64,000 nucleotides of DNA, taken from Octopus sinensis (taxonomy: Eukaryota). The first letter of the stretch is position 1. Each line of letters begins with the position of its first letter. The stretch lies in the NCBI RefSeq assembly GCF_006345805.1, contig NC_043000.1:108996001-109060000 (forward strand), written 5' to 3'. The notes below the pieces were generated by a model that did no database searches, was not told the DNA's origin, and saw only the letters and a program-made list of their open reading frames with translations. Shown here one piece after another: positions 1 to 10,265 of this stretch. A program made the position numbers and the translations under genes.

Positions 1-2
1 TG

Positions 3-51
<49 letters not shown>

Positions 52-86
52 TAATAATAATAATAATAATAATGATAATAATAATG

Positions 87-134
<48 letters not shown>

Positions 135-140
135 TAATAA
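1..140. repeat. (AAT)n microsatellite
   Basis: Direct trinucleotide repeat; another (AAT)n run at 541-600 flanks the SINE. Confidence 0.97.
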
Positions 141-141
141 T

Positions 142-539
142 AGGCGCAGGAGTGTGTGTGTGTGCTAACCAACCACATGGTTCTGGGTTCAGTCCCACTG
201 CGTGGCATCTTGGGCAAGTGTCTTCTGCTATAGCCCCCCGAGCCGGCCAATGCCTTGTGAGTGGATTCGGTAGACGGAAACTGAAAGAAGCCTGTCGTAT
301 ATATGTATATATATATGTATGTATGTGTTTGTGTGCCTGCGTTTGTCTCCCTAGCATTGCTTGACAACCGATGCTGGTGTGTTTACGTCCCCGTCACTTA
401 GCGGTTCGGCAAAAGAGACCGATAGAATAAATACTGGGCTTACAAAGAATAAGTCCCGGGGTCGATTTGCTCGACTAAAGGCGGTGCTCCAGCATGGCCG
501 CAGTCAAATGACTGAAACAAGTAAAAGAGTAAAAAAAGA

Positions 540-540
<1 letters not shown>
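142..540 (+). mobile_element. tRNA-derived SINE (family A), inserted in (AAT)n
   Basis: B-box-like GGTTCAGTCCC, then GCATCTTGGGCAAGTGTCTTC and the tail GCGGTGCTCCAGCATGGCCGCAGTCAAATGACTGAAACAAGTAAAAGAG; near-identical to 54111-54508. Confidence 0.9.
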
Positions 541-605
<65 letters not shown>

Positions 606-1079
606 CAAAAGCAACGAAAACTCACGTAACGAAATGCCTGTAACGTATTTCAACGGATGTTAACTTATTTTGTTTGACAAATTATTTAGTTAGAGAAAGG
701 GTCGAAGCTCATGGCCATTTGGACCCTCCCAGACGAGCAAGATCGATAATCGGTGCAGTTCATGTTTAATTTGAACTTGCGAAGTTCGGCACCCGCACAG
801 AAAAACGTAATCGGGATTAGCATGCATTCGAGAAGGCTGAGGCTATGGGGTGGGTGGGTGGGTGGAGAATGTAAGAGGTGGATTCAGCTGTGACATTGGT
901 GCCGGGTCAGAAGAGCGAAGGAGGGCCGAGTGAGTGACTAATGAAGCCCGACCTCCCCATTGAATTTTGAAAGGACACTCTAAACAGCTTTGAAAGCAGG
1001 CATAGGGGAAGATCTTGGTGGGAAAAGAACTCAGAACAGGAACATTACAAATGATGTATTAGAATTTATGGAATATTTT

Positions 1080-1205
1080 CTTTGATCTTTTAGTTGTTTT
1101 AGTCATTGGGCTGTGGCCATGCTGGGGCGCTACTTCGAAGGGTTTAGTAGAAAAATCGACACCAGCACTTTTTAAGTATGCTGCATAGTCTATCGTTCTC
1201 TTTTC
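1080..1205 (-). mobile_element. SINE family A 3' tail fragment
   Basis: Reverse complement of the CCAGCATGGCCACAG...CAATGACT tail. Confidence 0.7.
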
Positions 1206-1438
1206 CGAAACTACTATATTAAGAGAACGTAAACAAACCAATTCCGGTTGTCAAGTAGTGGTGGTGTTGGTGGTGGACAAATAAAAGCACAAAGAAACAC
1301 ACATATTTATACGCAGGCGCAAATATATATAACGTATATATTATTATTATTATTATTATTATTATCCAAAGACAAGCTGACGCACATAACCTGATGCGCA
1401 CAAATACATAAAAAGACACATCGGACAATTCAGTTTCA

Positions 1439-1471
<33 letters not shown>

Positions 1472-1716
1472 ACACACACAAAATATGCATGCAGCTACCT
1501 TAGTCTATAATGAGCACTCAGTCTACTAGGCTGCAAAGAAATATGATGTAAAGAAATATTTAGCCCTGAAGAGATTTCTGCCTTTTAAATTCATAATGAA
1601 ATTATTAATTGTAAAATGAATGAAGATGCATATTGAAACGATAGTAGGCCTTATGTAATCGACACATTCATGTAAATGAATTGATTTTACTGTATTCATA
1701 CTCTCTATTATATGTA

Positions 1717-3312
1717 TATTCACATCCGTCTTGTGCGTTCACATTCCTGTCTTCTACCAAGAAATCTAATGCTTACAGCTTAGTTTTTTTTCTTGGGGCT
1801 GGCCGAGTTGGAGCAAATATCAGAATTGAACAGCCGAAATTTGCTATGATGATTCGGTGTCTGACTGAAGATTGAAGGCTTCGAATGATTTGTCTGTGTT
1901 CCGTGTTCGTCCCTTCCTGTATTTCACGTTCATTATATATAAAAACATTCATTCTTATATTATTGCGGCGTTACGTGCACCCCCCAATTTTAAACCCTGC
2001 ACGACTTCTATACACACTGTCTTTTACTACCCGCCATTGCTTCTTCACCAAACTTTTTGGCGCCCTCCGATTCTTCCCCTCTCTTCCTCCCATCCTCCTT
2101 AATCCCTTCTTTCTCCTTCTCTCTTGGTCACTGATTCTGTCCCCTGCCTTCCACCCTGTTTGATTCCCTCTCTCTCTGTCTCTCTTTCTCTCTCTCTCCT
2201 GCGACCTGCTGCTTCTTCAACCATTCTGTTGGCCTTCGTATCTCGACCAACATGTGTCCCCGCTACCGAAACGGTAATTATTTCTACGCCAGCTGCTATG
2301 TTGTTGTTGTTTTGTCTCATTTGGTCTAAAGTCGTATGACAACCACCGTTATATATATTTTGTTTTTTCATTACTGTTTTCAATTTCGTTTTCGTCTCTT
2401 GTATTCACATCCGTCTTGTGCGTTCACATTCCTGTCTTCTACCAAGAAATCTAATGCTTACAGCTTAGTTTTTTTCTTGGGGCTGGCCGAGTTGGAGCAA
2501 ATATCAGAATTGAACAGCCGAAATTTGCTATGATGATTCGGTGTCTGACTGAAGATTGAAGGCTTCGAATGATTTGTCTGTGTTCCGTGTTCGTCCCTTT
2601 CACGTTCATTATATATAAAAACATTCATTCTTATATTATTGCGGCGTTACGTGCACCCCCCAATTTTAAACCCTGCACGACTTCTATACACACTGTCTTT
2701 TACTACCCGCCATTGCTTCTTCACCAAACTTTTTGGCGCCCTCCGATTCTTCCCCTCTCTTCCTCCCATCCTCCTTAATCCCTTCTTTCTCCTTCTCTCT
2801 TGGTCACTGATTCTGTCCCCTGCCTTCCACCCTGTTTGATTCCCTCTCTCTCTGTCTCTCTTTCTCTCTCTCTCCTGCGACCTGCTGCTTCTTCAACCAT
2901 TCTGTTGGCCTTCGTATCTCGACCAACATGTGTCCCCGCTACCGAAACGGTAATTATTTCTACGCCAGCTGCTATGTTGTTGTTGTTTTGTCTCATTTGG
3001 TCTAAAGTCGTATGACAACCACCGTTATATATATTTTGTTTTTTCATTACTGTTTTCAATTTCGTTTTCGTCTCTTGTATTCACATCCGTCTTGTGCGTT
3101 CACATTCCTGTCTTCTACCAAGAAATCTAATGCTTACAGCTTAGTTTTTTTTCTTGGGGCTGGCCGAGTTGGAGCAAATATCAGAATTGAACAGCCGAAA
3201 TTTGCTATGATGATTCGGTGTCTGACTGAAGATTGAAGGCTTCGAATGATTTGTCTGTGTTCCGTGTTCGTCCCTTTCACGTTCATTATATATAAAAACA
3301 TTCATTCTTATA
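1717..3312. repeat. Tandem repeat, 676-685 bp unit, about 2.35 copies
   Basis: TATTCACATCCGTCTTGTGCG starts at 1717, 2402 and 3078; copies differ only by small indels. Confidence 0.95.
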
Positions 3313-3320
3313 TATATATA

Positions 3321-3707
3321 CTAGCAGTATCGCCCGGCGTTGCTCAGGTTTGTAAGGGAAATAACTATAAAGCCTTTTTAGAGAGTTATAGCCAAAAAAT
3401 AGCAAACAAATGGAAAAAAAATGATGGTAAATTTTTTTTTGAGAGTAAAAAAAGGTTGAGTTGCGTCCCCTAGACAGTCTGTGGTTTGTTTTTTTTGATT
3501 CTCGACCCCATGTCGAATTTATCGATTTTTTTCAGAACTGGGGGAACTTTTCAAATTTTTCGCTGCGTTAGTTTTGAATTATGACATTGGGCTATGTGTG
3601 TGTCAAGTTTCATCAGAATCGGTTGAAAGCCGTGGTCAGGGTGAGGGTACGAGAAAACAGACACACAGAAACACGCACAGACAAACTGCCGTTTATATAG
3701 AGAGAGA
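3321..3707 (-). mobile_element. Non-autonomous Helitron
   Basis: Minus strand begins TC(TC)TATATAAAC and ends with a GC-rich hairpin followed by GATACTGCTAG; the 3' ~50 bp match the Helitrons at 48534-49418 with one mismatch. Confidence 0.8.
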
Positions 3708-3839
3708 TATATACATACATATCCTGCGGGCTTCCGTACAGTTTCCGTCGCGCAAATTCCCTCATTAGGCATTGGTCATCATACATATATACATACGTAA
3801 ATGAGCATACATATAAATGTGTATATATGTATGTATGCA

Positions 3840-3908
<69 letters not shown>

Positions 3909-4059
3909 CTCTCTCTATATATATATATGTATATTTCTATTTTCATTTTTACGTTCAGTCTCCTATTTCCCTATATACTCCTTATTCGCTTCCTTTTCCA
4001 AAATAACTCCTCATATTGAACTCTAATATTTCCCTCTGTTTAACCATCTCACATCATCA

Positions 4060-4099
4060 CTGATGAAAGGATATCCCTAATATCCCAGAAACACCTGCA
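4060..4099 (+). other. Degenerate hammerhead core (Penelope-like element tail)
   Basis: CTGATGA, GGATAT/ATATCC stem II, GAAAC; stem III ACACCTGCA is two changes from the palindrome ACAGCTGT-A; no stem I. Confidence 0.5.
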
Positions 4100-4149
4100 C
4101 GACTGTCTTACCGAAACTGCTTACCAATAAGCCATCACATAATCCTAGA

Positions 4150-4420
4150 AGAAATTGTTCCAAACTTTGGCATTGTCAGTTACACAAACAGCAGAACGGA
4201 ACGCCACTGCAGCGTACCAAAAAACCCCATCATTGCCATCGGAATACAGGATCAGATACTGCAACACCTTGCGCTTGAAAGGCCCACACTTCTTCAATAT
4301 CCTCCCACAAAGCCTGAGAGACGTGCATGGCGTGGATGTTTCAAAACAAAACCGGGTCTCCTTCTGTCAAGAGTTCCCGATGAATCTACCACAAAGCAAG
4401 AAACGCATATGAAGGCAGCA
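4150..4420 (+). mobile_element. CR1-type LINE ORF2 C-terminal fragment
   Basis: Translation RYCNTLRLKGPHFFNILPQSLRDVHGVDV, homologous to 51916-52326 (-). Confidence 0.75.
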
Positions 4421-4542
4421 ACATCAAGCCCCATCATCCACCAAATATCACGCATCAGAAGAGGTTTAGTGAAAGTGTAGCAAACCAAACGGTGGTGCCC
4501 CAGCATGGCCGCAGTCCTCGGATTGAAATTTAAAGCAAAATA

Positions 4543-4588
<46 letters not shown>

Positions 4589-4639
4589 CTGGGTAAACGT
4601 CTAATATGATATTTTGCTGTCTGGACGTCTAAGTCATAT

Positions 4640-4747
4640 TCAGATTACAGCGCCATATATATATGTATCTATATATATATACATATATATATACATACAT
4701 ACATACATACATACATACATACATACATACATACATACATACATACA

Positions 4748-4810
<63 letters not shown>
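4640..4810. repeat. (TA)n/(TACA)n microsatellite
   Basis: Direct. Confidence 0.95.
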
Positions 4811-4815
<5 letters not shown>

Positions 4816-4997
4816 TAAATAAATGGCACAACGAAGCACCGATATTTACTGGAAAATAGCGAACGTAATAAATACGACGCTAATGTATAGCTTCACTGCG
4901 TATGTACTAGTAACGACGCGTGTGTGCAACAAACATGAAAAGAATTGTCTTACCTCTAGGAAGAACATCTGAAAAATGAAAAACCTAGAAACGGATA

Positions 4998-5069
4998 ATG
5001 CAAGACCGGTTTCAAACTCTCCAAAATACGTCTGCCAACGTATATTTGATTTGTCATCATCAGCTGCAT
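4998..5069 (-). ncRNA. Type I hammerhead ribozyme, intact core
   Basis: Minus strand: AUGCAG-CUGAUGA-UGAC...GUUU-GAAA-CCGG-UC-UUGCAU. Stem I 6 bp, palindromic stem III ACCGGU, GUC triplet (C17 = 5004). Confidence 0.8.
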
Positions 5070-5426
5070 AAACCTCAACAACATTTCAAATGTTGCCACA
5101 TCCATGCCAGTACACTCGTCTGAACGCCAAAGCGTTAACAGTACGAGAACAGTGAAGAAGTTTCAATGAAAATAGCAATGCAATACGAGAGTATTGCTTT
5201 CCAGTAAAGGATAGCCCGTAAGGGTAAAATTATACATATAAAAGTAAATAAATGGCACGACGAAGCACCGATATTTACTGGAAAATAGCGAACGTAATAA
5301 ATACGACGCTAATGTATAGCTTCACTGCGTATGTACTAGTAACGACGCGTGTGTGCAACAAACATGAAAAAAATTGTCTTACCTCTAGGAAGAACATCTG
5401 AAAAATGAAAAACCTAGAAACGGATA

Positions 5427-5498
5427 ATGCAGGGCCGGTTTCAGACTCTCCAAAATACGTCTGCCAACGTATATTTGATTTGTCATCATCAGCTGCAT
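5427..5498 (-). ncRNA. Type I hammerhead ribozyme copy with U16.1C substitution (probably inactive)
   Basis: Same fold, perfect stem I AUGCAG/CUGCAU, but the triplet is GCC. Confidence 0.7.
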
Positions 5499-5543
5499 AA
5501 ACCTCAACAGCATTTCAAATGTTGCCACATCCATGCCAGTACA

Positions 5544-5593
<50 letters not shown>

Positions 5594-5667
5594 ATGGTTA
5601 TGTGTGTGTGCATGTGTGTGTGCGTGAGTGTGTGCGTATGTATATATGTATGTATGTATGTTGCATG

Positions 5668-6165
5668 GTCGAGTCGTCGGCGACTAAACCAGCAACCCAA
5701 CCAAGCTTGCTTGGTGAGGAGGGTGTTTATTGGACACCCTGCGGGATGAAAAACAAAACCCATCAAAGGGCGGAGGAACTCTTGAGAGTCAACGGTCATC
5801 CAATAAATGTCTTAAGGCTGTATCATGCGCGGGGACATAGAAATAATCGGACTAAATACCCGATCGCGCGGTTAAACCATTGGGAGTGAAGGACTCCTAG
5901 CCTTTGTTAGGGCATCCTTCTAGGAGAAGGTAACTCAGGTAACTGGGATAACTCCGACAAAAAACCTGCGGCTCAGTGGTTACCGATGATGTTGACTTGT
6001 TCTTCTTTTCGGATTATGGCTGCTGTTGCTTAGTGAGTGGGATTGACTCAGTGCACAGCCTTTCCTCACTTTAAAAAAATCTTCTTGCACAGGCATTGCA
6101 TGATAACAAAATTGATTAAGCTTCTTGCAATGGCTATACTCGATAACGAGGGAGAAGCCACCATG
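5668..6165 (+). mobile_element. Probable internally deleted RTE-type element (5'UTR-like region joined to the 3' tail)
   Basis: TCTAGGAGAAGGTAACTC motif recalls RTE 5'UTRs; the last ~50 bp match the RTE tail at 53853-53900; followed by (ATGT)n. Confidence 0.5.
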
Positions 6166-6830
6166 TATGTATGTATGTATGTATGTATGTATGTGTGGGT
6201 AACAGTTTGCATGATTTCAAATGCGTCTGCAATTATATGTAGTTTGTTTACAAATCCTCAAACTGTTATGTCAATTTGACGTTTAGAGAAAAATGGCTGA
6301 CCAATCAGAATTGAGGATATCAGTAAATAGTTTCTATTTATGCAACTATTTATCAAATATCATCGCTGATAGGTCATTTAGCTTTATGATATTGATTACA
6401 ATTTGAGAGACTGGATTGAAATATATTGTCCACTGTAAATCTTATCGTGTCTCTCGGGGTATCCAGCTGAGAGATGCTGAAATTGTTTGCTTTTCACAGC
6501 CGCAGTAAATCAGTGGAAACTATATACTATAGCAAATCTGTCTGTCTGTCTGTCTGTCGGTAGAGGATTTATATGTCTCGTTCTCACTATCTCCTTTCTC
6601 CCTCGCACACACACACACTTTATGCGCATGTACATATATTTATATTTATCTATCCGTTATCTGGGTGTCTATCTGCCACTATAAATATACTGTGTGTATA
6701 CACACACACACACTCTCTCTCTCTCTCTATATATATATATATTTATATATATATATATATATGTAGGTCCCGGGTTGAGTCGGGGTTAACCACAGTAAAT
6801 AAGGTACTCAATACATAGCAGAGTAAATTA

Positions 6831-6959
6831 ATTTATTTTATAGAAGGAGCTTCTACAGGACTAGAACTGTTTCATTCAAAAGAAATCATCAGGTGCTTCC
6901 TGATGATTTCTTTTGAATGAAACAGTTCTAGTCCTGTAGAAGCTCCTTCTATAAAATAA

Positions 6960-6961
<2 letters not shown>
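6831..6961. repeat. Perfect inverted repeat, 63-bp arms, 5-nt loop
   Basis: Arms 6831-6893 and 6899-6961 are exact reverse complements. Confidence 0.95.
6895..6943 (+). ncRNA. Type I hammerhead ribozyme
   Basis: GCUUC-CUGAUGA-U UUC UUUU GAA U-GAAA-CAG UUCUAGUC CUG-UA-GAAGC. Stem I 5 bp, stem III ACAG/CUGU, GUA triplet (A17 = 6938). Confidence 0.75.
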
Positions 6962-7028
<67 letters not shown>

Positions 7029-7051
7029 GCACACACCCTGTCTCTCTATAA

Positions 7052-7086
<35 letters not shown>

Positions 7087-7319
7087 AGTAATTAATGCAT
7101 TTTTCATTTGAGTATTTGAGTAACTGAACGCTACGCATCGTGACTTTGTTAACAGTAAGTTTTTATATATATTTTGCGACTCTTTCTTTCTTTGTTTCTC
7201 TCTCGTCCACATATTTCTTTTCTAGCATCCCAACTTCCTCTCTCTCCCCCCCCTCTCTCTCTCTCTCGTCTTCTCAATCTTAATTGTAAACTTTCTTCCT
7301 TCCTTCTCTGTTCACTCTG

Positions 7320-7355
<36 letters not shown>

Positions 7356-7650
7356 TCTCTCATCCTCCTTTCCTTCTATCCGATACCCACACGTGAACCG
7401 TGACTAATTTTCCCATCTCTGCCTTTTCGCCACCGGCTGCTTCGCTTGATGCTCAACATTTTCTCCTCTCTTACTATTTCTCTTTCTATATCCCCTGAGG
7501 ATTTCTTCCAGGCGTTACCTAATATCCAAGTGTTTGGCCGAAAGGCTGTATTTATTCCGTCATCGTTTATCGTTTCAAATTGCATTTTACTTTCATACGT
7601 CCACCCTGTATTGTCTTCTTAGCTCGAGCCCTAATTCTCTTCAAGCTTTG

Positions 7651-7850
7651 CGATATACGAAGTTCTCAGTCTTATTGTTAAAGGCACGAAACTGAGTATT
7701 AATAATCAGGTCGATAACTGATGAAGAATTACGGTCCTTCTGTGTCTGTCCTACATTTTGTACGCTTTGTAGTATTTAATGCAATTTTCATCTATTGAGT
7801 AACGGAACGCCACGCATCATGGCTTTTGTTAACAGTACGTTCATATATAT
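7651..7850 (+). mobile_element. Dispersed repeat (family X), probably Penelope-like
   Basis: Also at 7085-7170 (partial), 19832-19975 (-) and 20036-20200 (+). Confidence 0.7.
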
Positions 7851-7925
7851 ATATAAGTCCTCGTGGCTTAGTGCTCGCTTTTTCCATGGGTATAAGTAAG
7901 TATTTCACTTATTTCTTTACCGCAT

Positions 7926-7986
7926 TTATCACTGATGAAGAGAAGATTCTTATGAACTAACTCTGAAATCGGGTCCGATATGATAA
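7926..7986 (+). ncRNA. Type I hammerhead ribozyme
   Basis: UUAUCA-CUGAUGA-AGAG...CUCU-GAAA-UCGG GU CCGA-UA-UGAUAA. Stem I 6 bp, stem II 4 bp, near-palindromic stem III, AUA triplet (A17 = 7980). Confidence 0.75.
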
Positions 7987-8057
7987 TAACGGAATTTTTT
8001 TAGAAATTTCTGTCGGCTTTCTTTGAAACACGTGCTTGTAGTGATAAATTACATGGT

Positions 8058-8211
8058 TATGTCCCCGTAACTAAGCGGTTCGGCAAAAGTGACCGATAGA
8101 ATAAGTACTGAGCTTACAAAGAATAGGTTCCGGGGTAGATTTGCTCGACTAAAGGCGGTGCTCCAGCATGGCCGCAGTCAAATGACTGAAACAAGTAAAA
8201 GAGTAAAAGAG
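8058..8211 (+). mobile_element. SINE family A 3' half
   Basis: Matches 385-540. Confidence 0.85.
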
Positions 8212-9125
8212 TATATATAAACATACGAAGATTTATAAATATATAAAAATTTATAAATAAATAAATACATAAACATAAATACATAGATGTACTTACCTGT
8301 TTTGAATGTCCGTATTAGCATCAATGAGGAGGGTAGATCAGAATGTTTGTGTAAGAAGATTTAAGAGGAATCGTGAATAAGTGCAAAGTCCGTTTTGGGA
8401 AGATATAGGCTGGTATGGGCGAGCTAACTCCAACCATAGTAATTATCTATTCTTCTCTCATCAGAGTTAAGAGATTCAAAGAGTTGTTAAAATTTTAATA
8501 GACATGAAAGATTTGAGAATTTTTAAAACAACGAATGCTTAGTCGGAGCATACTGTTCATGCGTATGATATAAGTAGAATTAAAGTTACAGGTGTTAATT
8601 ACAGTACGACGCTCTGTAGAATATTATTTAAAGACGAGTCCAAAATATGAGGGGTGACTAGTTTAAATCCCATAGAAGAATTATTTTTGGGGAAGAATTA
8701 GAAAATTGAGAGATATTTCTGTCTAGAGGCAATTATGACATTTTTTTTTGTTGGCACGGGGTACGTGGTTCGCCTCCGTCCTGCGTAAATTCGAATTTTT
8801 AGTGTGTGTATTATATGGTTTCCGTTAAGATAGACCAATCTAGACTGAATTCTTTATTGTGCATTTTTAATTTATTGATGTGGGTAGCTATAAATGAATT
8901 TGGTTGCGTCCCGTATCTAATCTTAATACCAGTCGTACATCATATATAGACTTTTCACTTATTCAGGATTCCTCTTAAATCACCTTATATTAATTTTCTC
9001 ATCTAATCTCCTCATTGATTCTAATACGGACATTCAAACCTCGCAAGTACATCTATGTGTTTATATTTATGTTTATATATTTATAAATTTCTATAGATTT
9101 ATAAATCTTCGTATGTTTATATATA
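8212..9125. mobile_element. Fold-back element with ~180-bp imperfect terminal inverted repeats
   Basis: 8212-8390 is the reverse complement of 8949-9125, with substitutions. Confidence 0.75.
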
Positions 9126-9334
9126 TTTAGAAATTCGTATGAATATTTCCCATGTCTAATATATGTGAACGCATCTCTGTATATTGTGGAGAATTTCGAC
9201 AATTTGAAATGGATTAAATGACTATATACGTCGATCTTTGAAATTTGCTTCTCTCCTTCTTAACTTTATATTCCGGAAGCTCCATTAGAGCGCTAATTAT
9301 TTGAGCTCCATAAAGTGGATAACTATACCATTTA

Positions 9335-9622
9335 CACCTTCATTATCACCTCGGCGGAATTTGAACTCAGAACGTAGCGGCGGACGAAATACCCATGTCT
9401 TTACTCCACACAAGGGGCTAAACACAGAGAGGACAAACAAGGACAGACAAACGGATTTAGTCGATTACATCAACCCCAGTGCGTAACTGGTACTTAATTT
9501 ATCAACCCCGAAAGGATGAAAGGCAAAGTCGACCTCGGCGGAATTTGAACTGAGAACGTAACGGCAGACGAAATACGGCTACGCATTTCGCCTGGCGTGC
9601 TAACGTTTTCTGCCAGCTCACC
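9335..9622 (-). mobile_element. tRNA-derived SINE family B (Nin/Deu-like central domain), with a duplicated head fragment
   Basis: Minus strand GGTGAGCTGGCAGAA...GAGTTCAAATTCCGCCGAGGTCGACTTTGCCTTTCATCCTTTCGGGG; further copies at 15063-15310 (+), 28395-28825 (+), 34365-34592 (-), 36070-36305 (-), 42700-42900 (-), 47546-47745 (+). Confidence 0.85.
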
Positions 9623-9634
9623 GTCTTACACCTT

Positions 9635-9647
9635 CATTTTATATATA

Positions 9648-9695
<48 letters not shown>

Positions 9696-9793
9696 ATATA
9701 TATATATATATATATGTATGTGTATATATATATATATGTATGTGTATATATATATATATGTATGTGTATATATATATATATACATACATACAT

Positions 9794-9837
<44 letters not shown>

Positions 9838-10052
9838 CGTATGTATATATGTATGTATGTATGTATATATATGTATATATATATACATATATATGTGCAT
9901 TTTCGTTGATTTTTCATATTTTACCCTTACATTTCCACGTGTATTTTATATTTTCTTCTTGTAACGTATTTCTACTATATATATATATATACATAAATGC
10001 ATATATATATATATATATAATATATATATATATATATACAAATATGCATATA

Positions 10053-10094
<42 letters not shown>

Positions 10095-10095
10095 A
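9635..10095. repeat. Compound (TA)n/(TACA)n microsatellite
   Basis: Direct; source of several spurious ORFs. Confidence 0.95.
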
Positions 10096-10114
10096 TGTGG
10101 TGTGTGTGTGTGTA

Positions 10115-10265
10115 CAGGGGACCTAGGGACAGCTGAGTGGACTGGAGCAACATGAACTGAAGTGTTTTGCTCAACAATACAACACGCTGCCTTGTCTGGG
10201 ATTCCAACCCACGATCTAGTGATCGGGTGTGGAACATCCTAACCACTAGGCTACGAGCCGTCACA
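10115..10265 (-). mobile_element. tRNA-derived SINE head with CORE-like segment
   Basis: Minus strand TAGCCTAGTGGTTAGG A box, GGTTGGAATCCC B box, then TTGAGCAAAACACTTCA. Confidence 0.65.

Larger units (their letters stand above)
4809..5545 (-). mobile_element. 429-bp tandem repeat (1.7 units) carrying hammerhead ribozymes; retrozyme or Penelope pLTR-like
   Basis: ATAAAAGTAAATAAATGGCAC at 4809 and 5238 (period 429); one HHR fold per unit on the minus strand; (TA)n on both flanks. Confidence 0.8.

Noticed and set aside
1845-1900. ATGATGA...CTGA as a C/D snoRNA, or CTGAAGA...GAA as a hammerhead, in the 676-bp unit
   Set aside because: Box spacing is too short, with no terminal stem; the HHR reading lacks GAAA, stem I and stem III.
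1717-5545. CRISPR-like or prokaryotic repeat-spacer array
   Set aside because: Repeats are long tandem units with no unique spacers, in eukaryotic DNA with no cas genes.
7495-7552. CTGAGGA...GGCCGAAAGGCTGTA hammerhead-like core
   Set aside because: Stems I, II and III do not pair; at best a remnant.
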